NCBI GenBank assembly: GCA_037044975.1
Contig: JBAOIL010000030.1
Coordinates: 204,802-268,801, forward strand
Length of the DNA: 64,000 nt
From: Verrucomicrobiota bacterium
GTDB lineage: Bacteria; Verrucomicrobiota; Verrucomicrobiia; Limisphaerales; JADLHS01
Reading direction: 5' to 3'
Shown here: one piece after another, positions 30,591 through 40,593 of the stretch
Numbering within the stretch: position 1 is the stretch's first letter
How the letters are laid out: the number at the start of each line of letters is the position of its first letter
The notes under the pieces: model-generated
What the model was told of the DNA's origin: nothing
Database searches by the model: none
The model's input: only the letters and a program-made list of their open reading frames with translations
Position numbers and translations under genes: made by a program

Positions 30591-31909
30591 GGTTTTCGGA
30601 AGAGAACGATCCGGTTGGTATTCGTGCCTTTGCTCATGTTGTCCACGCCCCAGCAGTTGGCAGTTTTGGTGAACTTCTGGTCGTTGATCAAGATCAAGAC
30701 GGGTTCGAGTCCTGCCGCGAGGCCGCAGGGAAGGACGGTTTCCTCCAACTTCGTTTTGCCACCGTGAACTTCGCCGACTTCAAAGGCGATGTGGCCGCCG
30801 GGTTTCAAAACGCGGTACAATTCCCGGAAGACCGAGGACATGGCCTCTCGCCAAGCTTCGAGCTTTTTGGGGACGGTGAGCGCTACGGCTTTGGGATCAA
30901 TGCCGAGAAACCAGCAGCGCAGCCAGTTGTCGTCGGCGTATTGCACCACATCGAGGAAGGGTGGTGAGGTGACGACGAGGGCAATGGATTTGGCGGGAAA
31001 GTCGCGCGTGCCATCGGCGGCCGCGTTTGTGAAGCGTGCCTGGGTGGCGACGCGTGCCAGCTTGGCGCGCACGGCGGGTGTCACATCACCTAGAAGTTGT
31101 TTGGATTTCTTGAGGATGAGTTTGATGACATCGCGCCGAGGCGGGGTTTGGTTTCGCTTGGCGTTGATTCTGCGTTGCGACACGAGGCTCACGGCTTGGT
31201 TGGGTGGCAGGGTATAAACCGAGAAAAAACCTGACGAATGGCCGGTTAGGCGATTGAGGGCGACCATACGGAGCCAGACATCCAAAGCGTCCGGAGTTTC
31301 CCCGGTGCGGCGGCGGATGAAGTGCTTTTTCAGTGCGCAGATTCCGCGAAGGGTGTCTGGGTGATAAAAGACCAGCAAGTCTTCGGGTAGTTCGTCCTGA
31401 ACCGTCAGGTTGATTTCACGCAGACGGGCTTCGACTTGGTCGAGGTTCGGAGGCTGAAGGCGCGGCGCGGTCAGTGTCAGACTCAAAGGATTAATATCAT
31501 TGCCCCAGGGCACGCGCCCAAGTAACGCGGCTTCAATCGGCGTTGTGCCGCGCCCCATGAACGGATCATAAACGACATCGCCGGGCTGGGTGAGCCGCTC
31601 GATGAAGAAGCGCGGGAGTTGCGGCTTGAAGCAGGCGCGATAGGAGACTTCGTGCAACGAACTGGCCTGGCGTTGCCGCGCGGTCCAGAACTCATTAACG
31701 AAGGTTGGAACTGAACATTCTTCGCAGCGGGTGGCGATTTGGCGGGTGGGTTGCCCGAATTCCTGAAAGTCCGCCAGTTCGGCGGCGAAATCCAGCGTCA
31801 CCGTCCGGGGCAATCCTGGGATCGGCGGACTGAGCATCGGCAGATCGGGTTGGGTGAGATGGTTCAGCATGTCGCTCGGGATGAGAGCAACGATTCGTCC
31901 CCCGGGCAA
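30587..31909 (-). CDS. Site-specific DNA methyltransferase (amino-MTase; motif I before motif IV)
   Basis: SAM motif VVYDPFMGRGTTPIEAALLG and catalytic VVTSPPFLDVVQY (SPPF, as in N4-cytosine/N6-adenine MTases). Start uncertain; alternative in-frame ATGs at 31870 and 31837. Confidence 0.8.
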   Translation of the reverse strand: MPGGRIVALIPSDMLNHLTQPDLPMLSPPIPGLPRTVTLDFAAELADFQEFGQPTRQIATRCEECSVPTFVNEFWTARQRQASSLHEVSYRACFKPQLPRFFIERLTQPGDVVYDPFMGRGTTPIEAALLGRVPWGNDINPLSLTLTAPRLQPPNLDQVEARLREINLTVQDELPEDLLVFYHPDTLRGICALKKHFIRRRTGETPDALDVWLRMVALNRLTGHSSGFFSVYTLPPNQAVSLVSQRRINAKRNQTPPRRDVIKLILKKSKQLLGDVTPAVRAKLARVATQARFTNAAADGTRDFPAKSIALVVTSPPFLDVVQYADDNWLRCWFLGIDPKAVALTVPKKLEAWREAMSSVFRELYRVLKPGGHIAFEVGEVHGGKTKLEETVLPCGLAAGLEPVLILINDQKFTKTANCWGVDNMSKGTNTNRIVLFRKP

Positions 31910-31997
31910 GCCCCGAGGGGTGGGTTGGGGAATGTTTTGGATTGAAGAATGGATGAATCTCCGGCATCTTCCCGCCGACCGTTACGCCGCTGAAATT

Positions 31998-33284
31998 ATG
32001 AAAATTGCCATCGTGGGATTGGGTTACGTCGGATTGCCGTTGTGTTTGCAGTTTGCCCGGAACGACGTGGACGTCATCGGGCTGGACATTGACGCCTCCA
32101 AAGTCGAACACATCAACGCCGGGAAGAGTTACATTGAGCACATTGACGGGGAGGCCATTCGCAGTGCGGTGGGCACCGGACGCTTGACGGCGTCGGCCGA
32201 TTTTGGGCGCGTCCAGGACGTCGAAGCGATCATCATCTGCGTGCCGACGCCGTTGAACAAGAACCGCGAGCCGGACATATCCTACATCATCAAGACCGGC
32301 GAAGCCATTGCGGGCCATCTGCAAAAGGGCACGCTGGTGGTGCTGGAATCCACGACGTATCCGGGCACGACCGATACCGATCTGCGCGAAGTTTTGGAAC
32401 AGGGCTCCGGGCTCAAGGCCGGGGCGGACTTCCACCTCGCCTTTTCCCCCGAACGCGAAGATCCGGGCAATCCGGACAGCAAGGTGGCGAAGATTCCGAA
32501 GGTCATTGGCGGATTCACCCCGGCGTGCCTGGAACGCGCCAAGGCGCTGTACAGCCAGGCGATTCAAACCCTGGTGCCGGTGTCCTCCTGCCGCGCCGCC
32601 GAGGCGACCAAGCTGCTCGAGAACATCTTTCGCAGCGTCAACATCGCGCTGGTCAATGAGCTCAAACAGGTCTACGGCGCGATGGACATCGACGTGTGGG
32701 AAGTCATCAATGCCGCGAAGACCAAGCCGTTTGGATTCATGGCGTTTTATCCCGGCCCGGGTTTGGGCGGGCACTGCATTCCGATTGATCCGTTCTACCT
32801 GACGTGGAAAGCGCGTGAGTATGGCCAAAACACCCGGTTCATCGAGCTGGCGGGGGAAGTCAACACGGCGATGCCGACGTTTGTGCTGCACCGGGTGGCG
32901 GAGGCGTTGAACCGGCGGCAAAAGAGCGTGAACGGCAGCCGGGTGCTGATCCTGGGCCTGGCCTACAAAGCCAACGTGGATGACGATCGCGAATCCCCGA
33001 GCTATCACCTGCTCGACCTGCTCAAGCAGCAGGGTGCGACGGTGGCGTATTATGATCCGCACGTGCCGGTGATTCGGCCCACGCGGGAGCATCCGCACTG
33101 GGCGGGGATGAAATCCGTGGGGTGGAATCGGGAAACGGTCGCCAGTTTCGACCTGGTGCTGATCGCGACGGCGCACAAGGCGGTGAACTATCAAGAACTC
33201 GCCGAATGGGCGGCGGGCATTGTGGACACGCGCAATGCCATGGCCGGCTGCACGGTCGCCCCAGGCAAATTGTGGAAAGCGTGA
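31998..33284 (+). CDS. Nucleotide-sugar 6-dehydrogenase (UDP-GlcNAc/UDP-glucose dehydrogenase family, TviB/WbpA-like)
   Basis: [15 protein letters not shown] Rossmann start, catalytic [11 protein letters not shown], and a C-terminal [16 protein letters not shown] domain. The longer track ORF from 31854 and the antisense ORF 31695..33476 are rejected. Confidence 0.9.
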   Translation: MKIAIVGLGYVGLPLCLQFARNDVDVIGLDIDASKVEHINAGKSYIEHIDGEAIRSAVGTGRLTASADFGRVQDVEAIIICVPTPLNKNREPDISYIIKTGEAIAGHLQKGTLVVLESTTYPGTTDTDLREVLEQGSGLKAGADFHLAFSPEREDPGNPDSKVAKIPKVIGGFTPACLERAKALYSQAIQTLVPVSSCRAAEATKLLENIFRSVNIALVNELKQVYGAMDIDVWEVINAAKTKPFGFMAFYPGPGLGGHCIPIDPFYLTWKAREYGQNTRFIELAGEVNTAMPTFVLHRVAEALNRRQKSVNGSRVLILGLAYKANVDDDRESPSYHLLDLLKQQGATVAYYDPHVPVIRPTREHPHWAGMKSVGWNRETVASFDLVLIATAHKAVNYQELAEWAAGIVDTRNAMAGCTVAPGKLWKA

Positions 33285-33285
33285 T

Positions 33286-34314
33286 ATGCCGCGCTTCGAC
33301 GAGCTGCAGAGCGAGCTTTTGGCGGCACCCAAGCAATGGCTCGTCACGGGGGTGGGCGGTTTTATTGGTTCGAACTTGCTTGAAGCCCTGCTCAAACTGA
33401 ACCAATCCGTGGTCGGTCTCGACAACTTCGCCACTGGCAAACGTGCGAACTTGGAGCAGGTGCAGGCGTTGGTCACTCCGGCGCAGTGGAATCAATTTCG
33501 GTTCATCGAAGGCAGTATTTGCGATTCGGCGATCTGCCGGCGGGTGACGGCGGGGGTGGATTTTGTGTTGCACCAGGCGGCCTTGGGTTCCGTTCCGCGT
33601 TCGATGCTCGAACCGCTGGGGGCGCACGAGGCGAACGTCACCGGCTTTGTGACCCTGCTTGACGCCGCGCGTAATGCCCGCGTCCAACGTTTCGTGTATG
33701 CCTCCAGTAGCGCCGTCTACGGTGATCATCCCGGACTGCCCAAAGTGGAAGACAAGCTCGGGCAGCCGCTTTCACCCTATGCCGCCACGAAACTGATCAA
33801 CGAAGTTTATGCCCAGACCTACGCCAAAGCCTACGGCTGCGAGTGCATTGGGCTGCGCTATTTCAACGTTTTCGGCCCGCGGCAGGATCCTGATGGGGCT
33901 TATGCCGCGGTAATACCCAAGTGGATTGCCGCCCTCTTGCGGCGGGAACCCGTGCGGATCAACGGCGACGGTGAAACGAGCCGGGATTTCTGTTTCGTGG
34001 CCAATGTTGTCCAAGCCAACCTGCTCGCGGCCACCACGTCGAACCCCGAGGCAGTCAATCAGGCCTACAATATCGCCGTCGGTGAGCGTACGACCCTGAA
34101 CGAATTGTTCCAGTTGCTGCAAAGCGGGTTGCGCCGCCGCGATCCCGCGCTGCCGGAACAGCGGCCGATGTACCAGGATTTTCGTGCTGGTGACGTGCGC
34201 CATTCGCTGGCGGACATCAGCCGCGCGCAACGCCGGCTCGGCTACGTGCCGACGCAACAAGTGCGCGATGGTCTGGACCTCGCCTTGGAGTGGTATTGTC
34301 GCAATGTCGGCTAA
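33286..34314 (+). CDS. NAD-dependent epimerase/dehydratase (TviC/WbpP-like UDP-sugar 4-epimerase)
   Basis: [16 protein letters not shown] Rossmann motif, [16 protein letters not shown] (YxxxK). The ATG at 33286 is 1 nt after the dehydrogenase stop. Confidence 0.9.
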   Translation: MPRFDELQSELLAAPKQWLVTGVGGFIGSNLLEALLKLNQSVVGLDNFATGKRANLEQVQALVTPAQWNQFRFIEGSICDSAICRRVTAGVDFVLHQAALGSVPRSMLEPLGAHEANVTGFVTLLDAARNARVQRFVYASSSAVYGDHPGLPKVEDKLGQPLSPYAATKLINEVYAQTYAKAYGCECIGLRYFNVFGPRQDPDGAYAAVIPKWIAALLRREPVRINGDGETSRDFCFVANVVQANLLAATTSNPEAVNQAYNIAVGERTTLNELFQLLQSGLRRRDPALPEQRPMYQDFRAGDVRHSLADISRAQRRLGYVPTQQVRDGLDLALEWYCRNVG

Positions 34315-34470
34315 CGCTGCTTTGCGGCCGGCGTTCCGGGCGGAGCGTCCGCGACGCTTCCAGTTGGATTAAGAAACTTCTCGCTCGCCCCGCGGCCTTT
34401 CGCTTTACTCCGCGAATAAGCGGCCGGTGACTTCGACCGGCGCCAGCGGTCGAGCCCGGACTTTTTCATC

Positions 34471-35118
34471 ATGGCTTGGGTCGAGCAAATTCAATCGGTG
34501 AATATCCTGCACACCTTGGCGTGTCTGGCTGGGGCCTATGCCCTCGGTTGCGTTGGCACTGGTTACTACCTCGTGCGAGCCCAAACCGGTCGCGACCTGC
34601 GCGAGGTGGGGAGTGGCAGCATCGGCGCCCGCAATGTCGGCCGGGTGCTGGGGCGGAGCGGTTTTTGCGTGACGTTACTGGCCGATTTCGCAAAGGGGGC
34701 GCTGGCGGTTATGATGGCGCAACACCTGACCGATACGGAGTTTCTTACCGCCGTGGCATTGCTGGCGGTTACTGTCGGTCACGTCTGGCCGGTGCCACTC
34801 GGCTTTCGCGGCGGGAAGGGCGTGGCGACTTCGCTTGGTGGGTTGCTCGTTTACGACTGGCAGTCGGCGCTCATCTACGCGACGGCGTTCGCGATTTTGT
34901 TTGCGCTAATGCGACGGACAATTTTGCCGGGGCTGTTTGCTTATCTCGTCCTGCCGTTCACGGTGTGGTGGTTTCGCCAAGATGGGGTGCAAGTCGCGCT
35001 GGTCAGCGGCTTGATCGGGGTTGTCTGGTTTGCCCACCGGCAGAATTTAATTACCGAAATTCGTGAACTGGCCCGGTACCGAAGCGCGGAACCGGACCCG
35101 AAACAACTCAAACCATGA
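34471..35118 (+). CDS. plsY: Glycerol-3-phosphate acyltransferase PlsY
   Basis: GSGSIGARNVGRVLG, DFAKGALAV and FRGGKGVATSLG are PlsY motifs, on a multi-TM protein. Confidence 0.9.
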   Translation: MAWVEQIQSVNILHTLACLAGAYALGCVGTGYYLVRAQTGRDLREVGSGSIGARNVGRVLGRSGFCVTLLADFAKGALAVMMAQHLTDTEFLTAVALLAVTVGHVWPVPLGFRGGKGVATSLGGLLVYDWQSALIYATAFAILFALMRRTILPGLFAYLVLPFTVWWFRQDGVQVALVSGLIGVVWFAHRQNLITEIRELARYRSAEPDPKQLKP

Positions 35119-36794
35119 GCGCCACCCGTTCACCCCTCATTTTCAAATTTGCCTCGGAGGACTGGGAGTTTGAGCAGATACACCGGCTCAACTACCGCAC
35201 CTTTGTCGAGGAGATTCCGCAGCACCAGGCATCTCCCACGCACCGCCTTGTGGACAAATTCCACACGGAGAACACCTATCTGATCTGCCTCGCCAACCGA
35301 AAAATCGCCGGTATGTTGGCGGCGCGCAGTAGCCGCCCGTTCTCCCTCGATCAGAAACTGCCGGAGCTCGATCGCCATCTGCCGACGGGGCGAAGGGTCT
35401 GCGAAATTCGCCTGCTGGCAATTGACCAACAATTCCGCGGTGGCCGTGGCGGCCAGATTCTCTCCGGCCTGCTCGCGTTGCTCTGGCAGCACGGTGTCGA
35501 GAAGGGCTATGACCTCGCGATCATTTCCGGCACCTTGCGGCAGGCCAGGCTTTATCAGCATCTTGGTTTTGTGCCCTTTGGTCCCGTGTTGGGCACGGGG
35601 GACGCCCTGTTCCAGCCGATGTATGTCACGCTGGAAACCTTTGAGGTGACCGCCCGCGAATTCCTCCGTGCGGCGCCAGCCAAGTCTTTTCAGCCCAGCG
35701 CGGCCAATTTTCTCCCCGGCCCGGTGACGGTGCGGCGGGAAGTGCGCCGGGCTTTCGAGCAGGCGCCGGAATCGCACCGGGCCGACGGTTTCCAAACTGA
35801 CTTTCAGAACACCCAGGCGATGCTTTGCGACCTCACCCACGCCGCCAGCGTGGAACTCCTGCTCGGGTCGGGCACGCTCGCCAATGATGTCGTGGGCGCG
35901 CAGCTTTCCTTGTTGCCGGGCAAGGGCGTGGTGTTGAGCAATGGCGAATTCGGTTTGCGACTCGCGGATCATGCGCGCCGCTTCAAGCTGCGCTTCGACC
36001 ATTTCGATTTTCCCTGGGGCGCACCGCTGGACCTGGAGGCGGTGCGGGAAAAGTTTGCGCGCGTCCCGTCGCCCGAGTGGCTCTGGTGCGCGCACTGCGA
36101 AACCTCCACGGGCGTTCTCAACGATCTCGCCGCCCTTAAACGGCTGTGTGCCGAATACGGCGTGAAACTCTGTCTCGACGCCATCAGCAGTCTGGGCACG
36201 CTGCCCGTGGAACTCACCGGGGTGCATCTTGCGTCCGGCGCGAGCGGCAAGGGATTGCGCGCGTATCCCGGGGTCGCGATGGTTTTTTATCATCACGGCG
36301 TCCGTCCGGCCAGCGACCATTTGCCGCGCTATCTTGACCTTGGCTTTTATGCGGAGCAGGGTGGCGTGCCGTTCACGTTCTCGTCGAACCTGCTGCACGC
36401 GCTTAACGCCGCCATCCGCAGGGTGGATTGGAAGAAACGCTATGCTGAACTCCAGGCGACTTCGGCCGGCCTGCGGGCGAGGCTGTTGGCGTTGAACTTT
36501 TGCCTTGTCGGCGGAGCGACGCGGACTTCGCCCGCCATCATTACGCTCGCTTTGCCACGGGAACTCAACTCCGTGACCGTGGGCAAGTTAATGCAGGAGG
36601 CGGGCTTCCTGCTTAGTTACAACAGTGATTATCTCCGGCGCGAAAACTGGCTTCAGATTTGTCTCATGGGCGAGGTTGCGCGCGAGAAGGCGGATGCACT
36701 TGTGGATGCTTTGCAGCGCGTATGTCCGGAGCCGTTTCGCCCCAGACCTGGCCCCGGACGCACGGAAAGCCTGGCGTTTCGCCATTTACCTTGA
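35115..36794 (+). CDS. Fusion protein: N-terminal GNAT-like acyltransferase + C-terminal class V (PLP) aminotransferase
   Basis: Residues ~1-175: RLLAIDQQFRGGRGGQILSGLL...ARLYQHLGF (GNAT A/B motifs). Residues ~190-559: NFLPGPVTV, GSGTLAND, CETSTGVLND, DAISSLG, SGASGKGLRAYPGVAMV (Lys at the PLP position). ATGA overlap with plsY. Confidence 0.7.
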   Translation: MSATRSPLIFKFASEDWEFEQIHRLNYRTFVEEIPQHQASPTHRLVDKFHTENTYLICLANRKIAGMLAARSSRPFSLDQKLPELDRHLPTGRRVCEIRLLAIDQQFRGGRGGQILSGLLALLWQHGVEKGYDLAIISGTLRQARLYQHLGFVPFGPVLGTGDALFQPMYVTLETFEVTAREFLRAAPAKSFQPSAANFLPGPVTVRREVRRAFEQAPESHRADGFQTDFQNTQAMLCDLTHAASVELLLGSGTLANDVVGAQLSLLPGKGVVLSNGEFGLRLADHARRFKLRFDHFDFPWGAPLDLEAVREKFARVPSPEWLWCAHCETSTGVLNDLAALKRLCAEYGVKLCLDAISSLGTLPVELTGVHLASGASGKGLRAYPGVAMVFYHHGVRPASDHLPRYLDLGFYAEQGGVPFTFSSNLLHALNAAIRRVDWKKRYAELQATSAGLRARLLALNFCLVGGATRTSPAIITLALPRELNSVTVGKLMQEAGFLLSYNSDYLRRENWLQICLMGEVAREKADALVDALQRVCPEPFRPRPGPGRTESLAFRHLP

Positions 36795-36827
36795 AGGTGG
36801 CGGAACTGCCGGGCAGATTGCGCGGCA

Positions 36828-37814
36828 ATGAAATGTGTTTTCCCGTGCGGGCTGTGGCTGGCGATTTGCCTTGGCCTGGCTGTGCCGCTGGGCGCGGGGG
36901 CGCAGTCATTGACCGTCCGCCTGCATGATACCGGCTATGTTCGCCTCTCAGAATGGGCGCGCTGGCAGGGCCTGAGTTGGCGCTGGCTCAAACGCGACGA
37001 ATCCTTTCAACTCACGAATCAGCTGACGCGTTTACAATTCGCGGTGGATTCGCGGGAAGCCCGTGTTAACGGGCTCCAAGTCTGGTTGCTCTATCCACTG
37101 GCGTCTCGCGATGGCAGCCTTTACATCTCGCAACTTGACGTGGATGCCACCTTTCGGCCGTTGCTCTCGCCCGCGCCGCCGGGATCGGGCCGGAAAGTCA
37201 AAACCATCTGCCTCGATCCCGGGCATGGGGGCAAGGACCCGGGCAACCGGCTTCCGGGCCGACAGGAGAAGGATTACACCCTGCGGCTGGCTTTTGAACT
37301 GCGCGATCAGTTGAAGCAATCCGGCTTCAAGGTGTTGCTCACGCGTTCGAGCGATAATTTCATCGAGCTTGCCGAGCGTCCGGAAGTTGCGCGCCGCGCG
37401 GGCGCGGACCTGTTCGTGAGTCTGCATTTCAATGGCACCGAGGGCGCACGCGCGGAGGCGCGCGGTTCGGAGGTCTATTGCCTTACGCCCGCCGGCGCCG
37501 CCTCCACCAACGCCCGCGGCGAAGGTGCGCGCAGCGGCGCTTTCCCCGGTAATCGCAACAATGCCAAGAACCTGTTGCTGGCGTATCAAATCCAGAAATC
37601 CCTCGTCCGCGCGCTGCAAAGCGGCGATCGCGGTGTGCGCCGGGCGCGCTTTGAAGTCTTGCGCGGCGCAACCATGCCGGCGGTCCTCATCGAAGCAGGC
37701 TTTCTTTCGCATCCCGAAGAGGGGAAAAAGATTTTTACCGCCGGGTATCGCCGGCAGATGGCGCGCGCCATTACCGAGGGAATTCAGGGCTACAAGAAAC
37801 TAATCGAGCGGTAA
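36828..37814 (+). CDS. N-acetylmuramoyl-L-alanine amidase (Amidase_3, AmiC-like with N-terminal targeting domain)
   Basis: ICLDPGHGGKDPG, DLFVSLHFNG, AVLIEAGFLSHPEE. Confidence 0.9.
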   Translation: MKCVFPCGLWLAICLGLAVPLGAGAQSLTVRLHDTGYVRLSEWARWQGLSWRWLKRDESFQLTNQLTRLQFAVDSREARVNGLQVWLLYPLASRDGSLYISQLDVDATFRPLLSPAPPGSGRKVKTICLDPGHGGKDPGNRLPGRQEKDYTLRLAFELRDQLKQSGFKVLLTRSSDNFIELAERPEVARRAGADLFVSLHFNGTEGARAEARGSEVYCLTPAGAASTNARGEGARSGAFPGNRNNAKNLLLAYQIQKSLVRALQSGDRGVRRARFEVLRGATMPAVLIEAGFLSHPEEGKKIFTAGYRRQMARAITEGIQGYKKLIER

Positions 37815-37912
37815 ACCATTTCGCCCACATTTATGAGCGGACTTTTCAGCTGGCACTGAACCACTCGGCCAAGCAGGCGATGAGAATCGAATTATGAACC
37901 GGAACTGAATCT

Positions 37913-38455
37913 ATGAGCATCGTTACCAAAACCGGCGACAAAGGCATGACCGCCCTGATGTATGGCCGGCGCGTCTCAAAATGTCATCCGCGCGTGGAAG
38001 CGTACGGCTGCGTGGATGAATTAAACACCGCGCTCGGACTGGCCCGCGCCACGGCGGATCAGGACTTCATCCGCAACAGCCTGCTCGTGATCCAGCGCGA
38101 CCTCGTCACGCTCATGGGCGAACTGGCGACCGCGGTGGAGGATTTGCCGCGCTACGTCAAGGACAACTACACGCTCGTCACCTCGCAGTTCACGCATAAA
38201 CTCGACGCCTTGATCCGGGAAGTCGAAGCGCAAAGTGTATCCTTCAAAGGCTGGGCCACGCCCGGTGCTTGCCTGAACTCCGCGGCGCTCGACGGGGCGC
38301 GAACGGTCTGCCGGCGGGCAGAGCGAAGGGTCTGCGTGTTGCAGGAGGCAGATCAATTGCAAAACTCCGAAATTATCATCTACCTCAATCGCCTGGCGGA
38401 TTTGCTCTGGCTCTTGGCGCGCTGGGTGGAGACGAAATCAGCGACCCCCGTGTAA
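37913..38455 (+). CDS. ATP:cob(I)alamin adenosyltransferase, PduO type
   Basis: TKTGDKGMTAL..GRRVSKCHPRVEAYGCVDELN and IYLNRLADLLW, typical PduO/MMAB-family patterns. Confidence 0.85.
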   Translation: MSIVTKTGDKGMTALMYGRRVSKCHPRVEAYGCVDELNTALGLARATADQDFIRNSLLVIQRDLVTLMGELATAVEDLPRYVKDNYTLVTSQFTHKLDALIREVEAQSVSFKGWATPGACLNSAALDGARTVCRRAERRVCVLQEADQLQNSEIIIYLNRLADLLWLLARWVETKSATPV

Positions 38456-38598
38456 ACCAGTCAAGGAAGGCGCCGGCAAGCGGGTCGCCCGCCGCTACGT
38501 CGGTTGCTGTACCTGCCCGTTCCAGTTACCCCTTGGAATGATTCGCCGCTTTACAGGGCAGCCGGCTGATTTACTCTAGACTCACTTTCCGAACACAT

Positions 38599-39315
38599 AT
38601 GGCACGAGAACCAATTGAAATGCTGATTGAAACGGTGACAACCGAGTTGCCGGACACGAAAACCATTCGACTAAAGTGGCCGGACGGGTACGCGCCAGAG
38701 TTTCTGACGGGCCAATTCATCACCGTATATTGGCCGGACATGCCGACCTACAAGCGGGCCTATTCGCTTTCGTCCTGTGCGTTGGATCGGGGCAGCTACG
38801 ATGTCACCATCAAGCGCGAAGGCAAGATGGGCACCCGGGTTGTGGATTGGGCCAAGCCGGGCGACAAGTTGTTTGTGCTGCCGCCGGCGGGAAAGTTTCT
38901 GCCCATATTCGAACCGCAGAAACACCTTGTCTGTATTGCGGGTGGGTCGGGGGTGACGCCGTTTCGCGGTTTCGTGCGCGAGGCCACCCGGCGCCAGCTC
39001 CCAACGAAAATCACCATCCTGTATAGCGTGCGGACGACCAACGACATCATTTTCCAGCGCGAGTTTCTCGACTACGCCGCGCAGAATCCTAACTTCACCT
39101 TCCTGGTCACCTGCACGCGGTTGCAACCGGACGATGCGTGGACCGGCCATCGTGGACGCATCACTGCCGAGTGGTTACGGGAGCAGATCCACGATCTGCC
39201 CAACACGATCTTCTATGCCTGCGGGCCGAATCCGCTGGTGGAGTTTGCCGAGGAACTCGTCTTGCACGGTTTGAACGTCCCCAAGGCGCAGATGAAGACG
39301 GAGAAATGGGGCTAA
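38599..39315 (+). CDS. FAD/NAD(P)-binding oxidoreductase (ferredoxin-NADP reductase family)
   Basis: RAYSLSS (RxYS FAD motif), GKMGTRV, CIAGGSGVTPF (NAD-binding), YACGP near the C-terminus. Confidence 0.8.
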   Translation: MAREPIEMLIETVTTELPDTKTIRLKWPDGYAPEFLTGQFITVYWPDMPTYKRAYSLSSCALDRGSYDVTIKREGKMGTRVVDWAKPGDKLFVLPPAGKFLPIFEPQKHLVCIAGGSGVTPFRGFVREATRRQLPTKITILYSVRTTNDIIFQREFLDYAAQNPNFTFLVTCTRLQPDDAWTGHRGRITAEWLREQIHDLPNTIFYACGPNPLVEFAEELVLHGLNVPKAQMKTEKWG

Positions 39316-39396
39316 CCAACCGCCCCGGAGGTTGCCGGTTCCGGGCTGCTTCATCGCGGGCTTGAACTTGCTGCCGGCAACCGGCAACCTGCAACG

Positions 39397-40524
39397 ATGT
39401 TGAAACGCACATCCCTTTACCCGGCGCATCAAAAACTCGGCGGCAAACTCATCGAATTTGGCGGCTGGGAAATGCCCGTCCAATACACGAGCATCACGGA
39501 CGAGCACTTGGCCGTGCGCAATGCCGCCGGTCTCTTCGACATTTCGCACATGGGGGAAGTTACTGTCAGCGGGGGCGGTGCCGTGGCCTTTCTCAACCGC
39601 GTGCTGACCAATGACATTCGCAAGCTCACCCCCGGTCAGGGCCAATACACCCTGATGTGCAACGAGCGGGGCGGCGTTATTGACGACCTCTACGCTTATT
39701 GTTTGTCCAACGATGTTTATTTGCTGATCATTAATGCGTCCCGGATCGAGGCCGACATTGCCTGGTTGCATGCCCAGGCGGCTTTGGTCGTTGGCGCGGA
39801 GCTAAAAGTCAGCAATGCATCGCATAATTACGATGCCGTTGCGGTGCAAGGTCCGCGGGTGAAAGAGTTCATTGACCAGTGCTTGCCGGGCGCGTCCACC
39901 GCTGCGATGCGCGTGGCGCGGATTACGGACTTAAAGAAAAATGAGATCGGCGGGTTTCCCTTTGGCGGTTCGACCGTGATGGTTTCACGCACTGGCTACA
40001 CTGGCGAGGACGGATTTGAAATTATCGGACGCGACGATTCAATCGCGAAGGTATGGGCTTCGTTGCTTGAAATTGGCAAGCCCTGTGGCATCAAACCTTG
40101 TGGGCTCGGGGCGCGGGATACCTTGCGAACGGAGGTCTGCTATCCCCTCTATGGCCACGAGTTGGATGAGGAAACCACTCCGATCGAAGCCGGGGTTGGA
40201 TTCTTCGTCGCCCTCGACAAGGGCAATTTCATTGGGCGCTCGGTGCTGGCGGAACAGAAGGCCAAAGGCGTGAAGAAGAAATGTGTGGCGTTTAAGATGA
40301 CGGAGAAGTCCGCACCGCCGCGCCCGCATTATCCGATTTGGGTCAATGGGGCGATGGTCGGCCAAGTCGTGAGCGGCACCCAAAGTCCATCGCTTGGTAT
40401 TGGCATCGGCATGGGCTACGTGCCGCCGGAATTCGCGAAGCCGGGAACGATCATTGAAATCGAAGCCCGCGGCAAACGCGCGCCGGGCGTGGTGGTGGCC
40501 AAACCGATTTACCGACGCGCTTAA
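39397..40524 (+). CDS. gcvT: Glycine cleavage system aminomethyltransferase GcvT
   Basis: LKRTSLYPAHQKLGGKLIEFGGWEMPVQY, FDISHMGE, RTGYTGEDGFEI. Confidence 0.95.
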   Translation: MLKRTSLYPAHQKLGGKLIEFGGWEMPVQYTSITDEHLAVRNAAGLFDISHMGEVTVSGGGAVAFLNRVLTNDIRKLTPGQGQYTLMCNERGGVIDDLYAYCLSNDVYLLIINASRIEADIAWLHAQAALVVGAELKVSNASHNYDAVAVQGPRVKEFIDQCLPGASTAAMRVARITDLKKNEIGGFPFGGSTVMVSRTGYTGEDGFEIIGRDDSIAKVWASLLEIGKPCGIKPCGLGARDTLRTEVCYPLYGHELDEETTPIEAGVGFFVALDKGNFIGRSVLAEQKAKGVKKKCVAFKMTEKSAPPRPHYPIWVNGAMVGQVVSGTQSPSLGIGIGMGYVPPEFAKPGTIIEIEARGKRAPGVVVAKPIYRRA

Positions 40525-40593
40525 CCGCGGTGGATCTTGCCGGCGGGTCACTTTCCCCTTTCAAAGCCGCACCCGCGGCGCCTAACCTGCGTC

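Noticed and set aside
31695-33476. 593-aa ORF on the minus strand
   Set aside because: It lies exactly antisense to the well-supported nucleotide-sugar dehydrogenase gene. It has Arg/Gly/Pro/His-rich low-complexity composition typical of shadow ORFs in GC-rich DNA, and no recognisable motifs.
34420-34470. Possible Rho-independent terminator (TCGACCG-gcgccag-CGGTCGA followed by TTTTT) just before plsY
   Set aside because: The T-run is separated from the stem by 8 nt and overlaps the plsY ribosome-binding region. This is not a convincing intrinsic terminator geometry.
39316-39396. Glycine riboswitch upstream of gcvT
   Set aside because: The leader is only about 80 nt and lacks the GGAGAG...ACCGAAGGGGCAA-type conserved cores of either aptamer. 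Only a generic stem with a duplicated arm is present.
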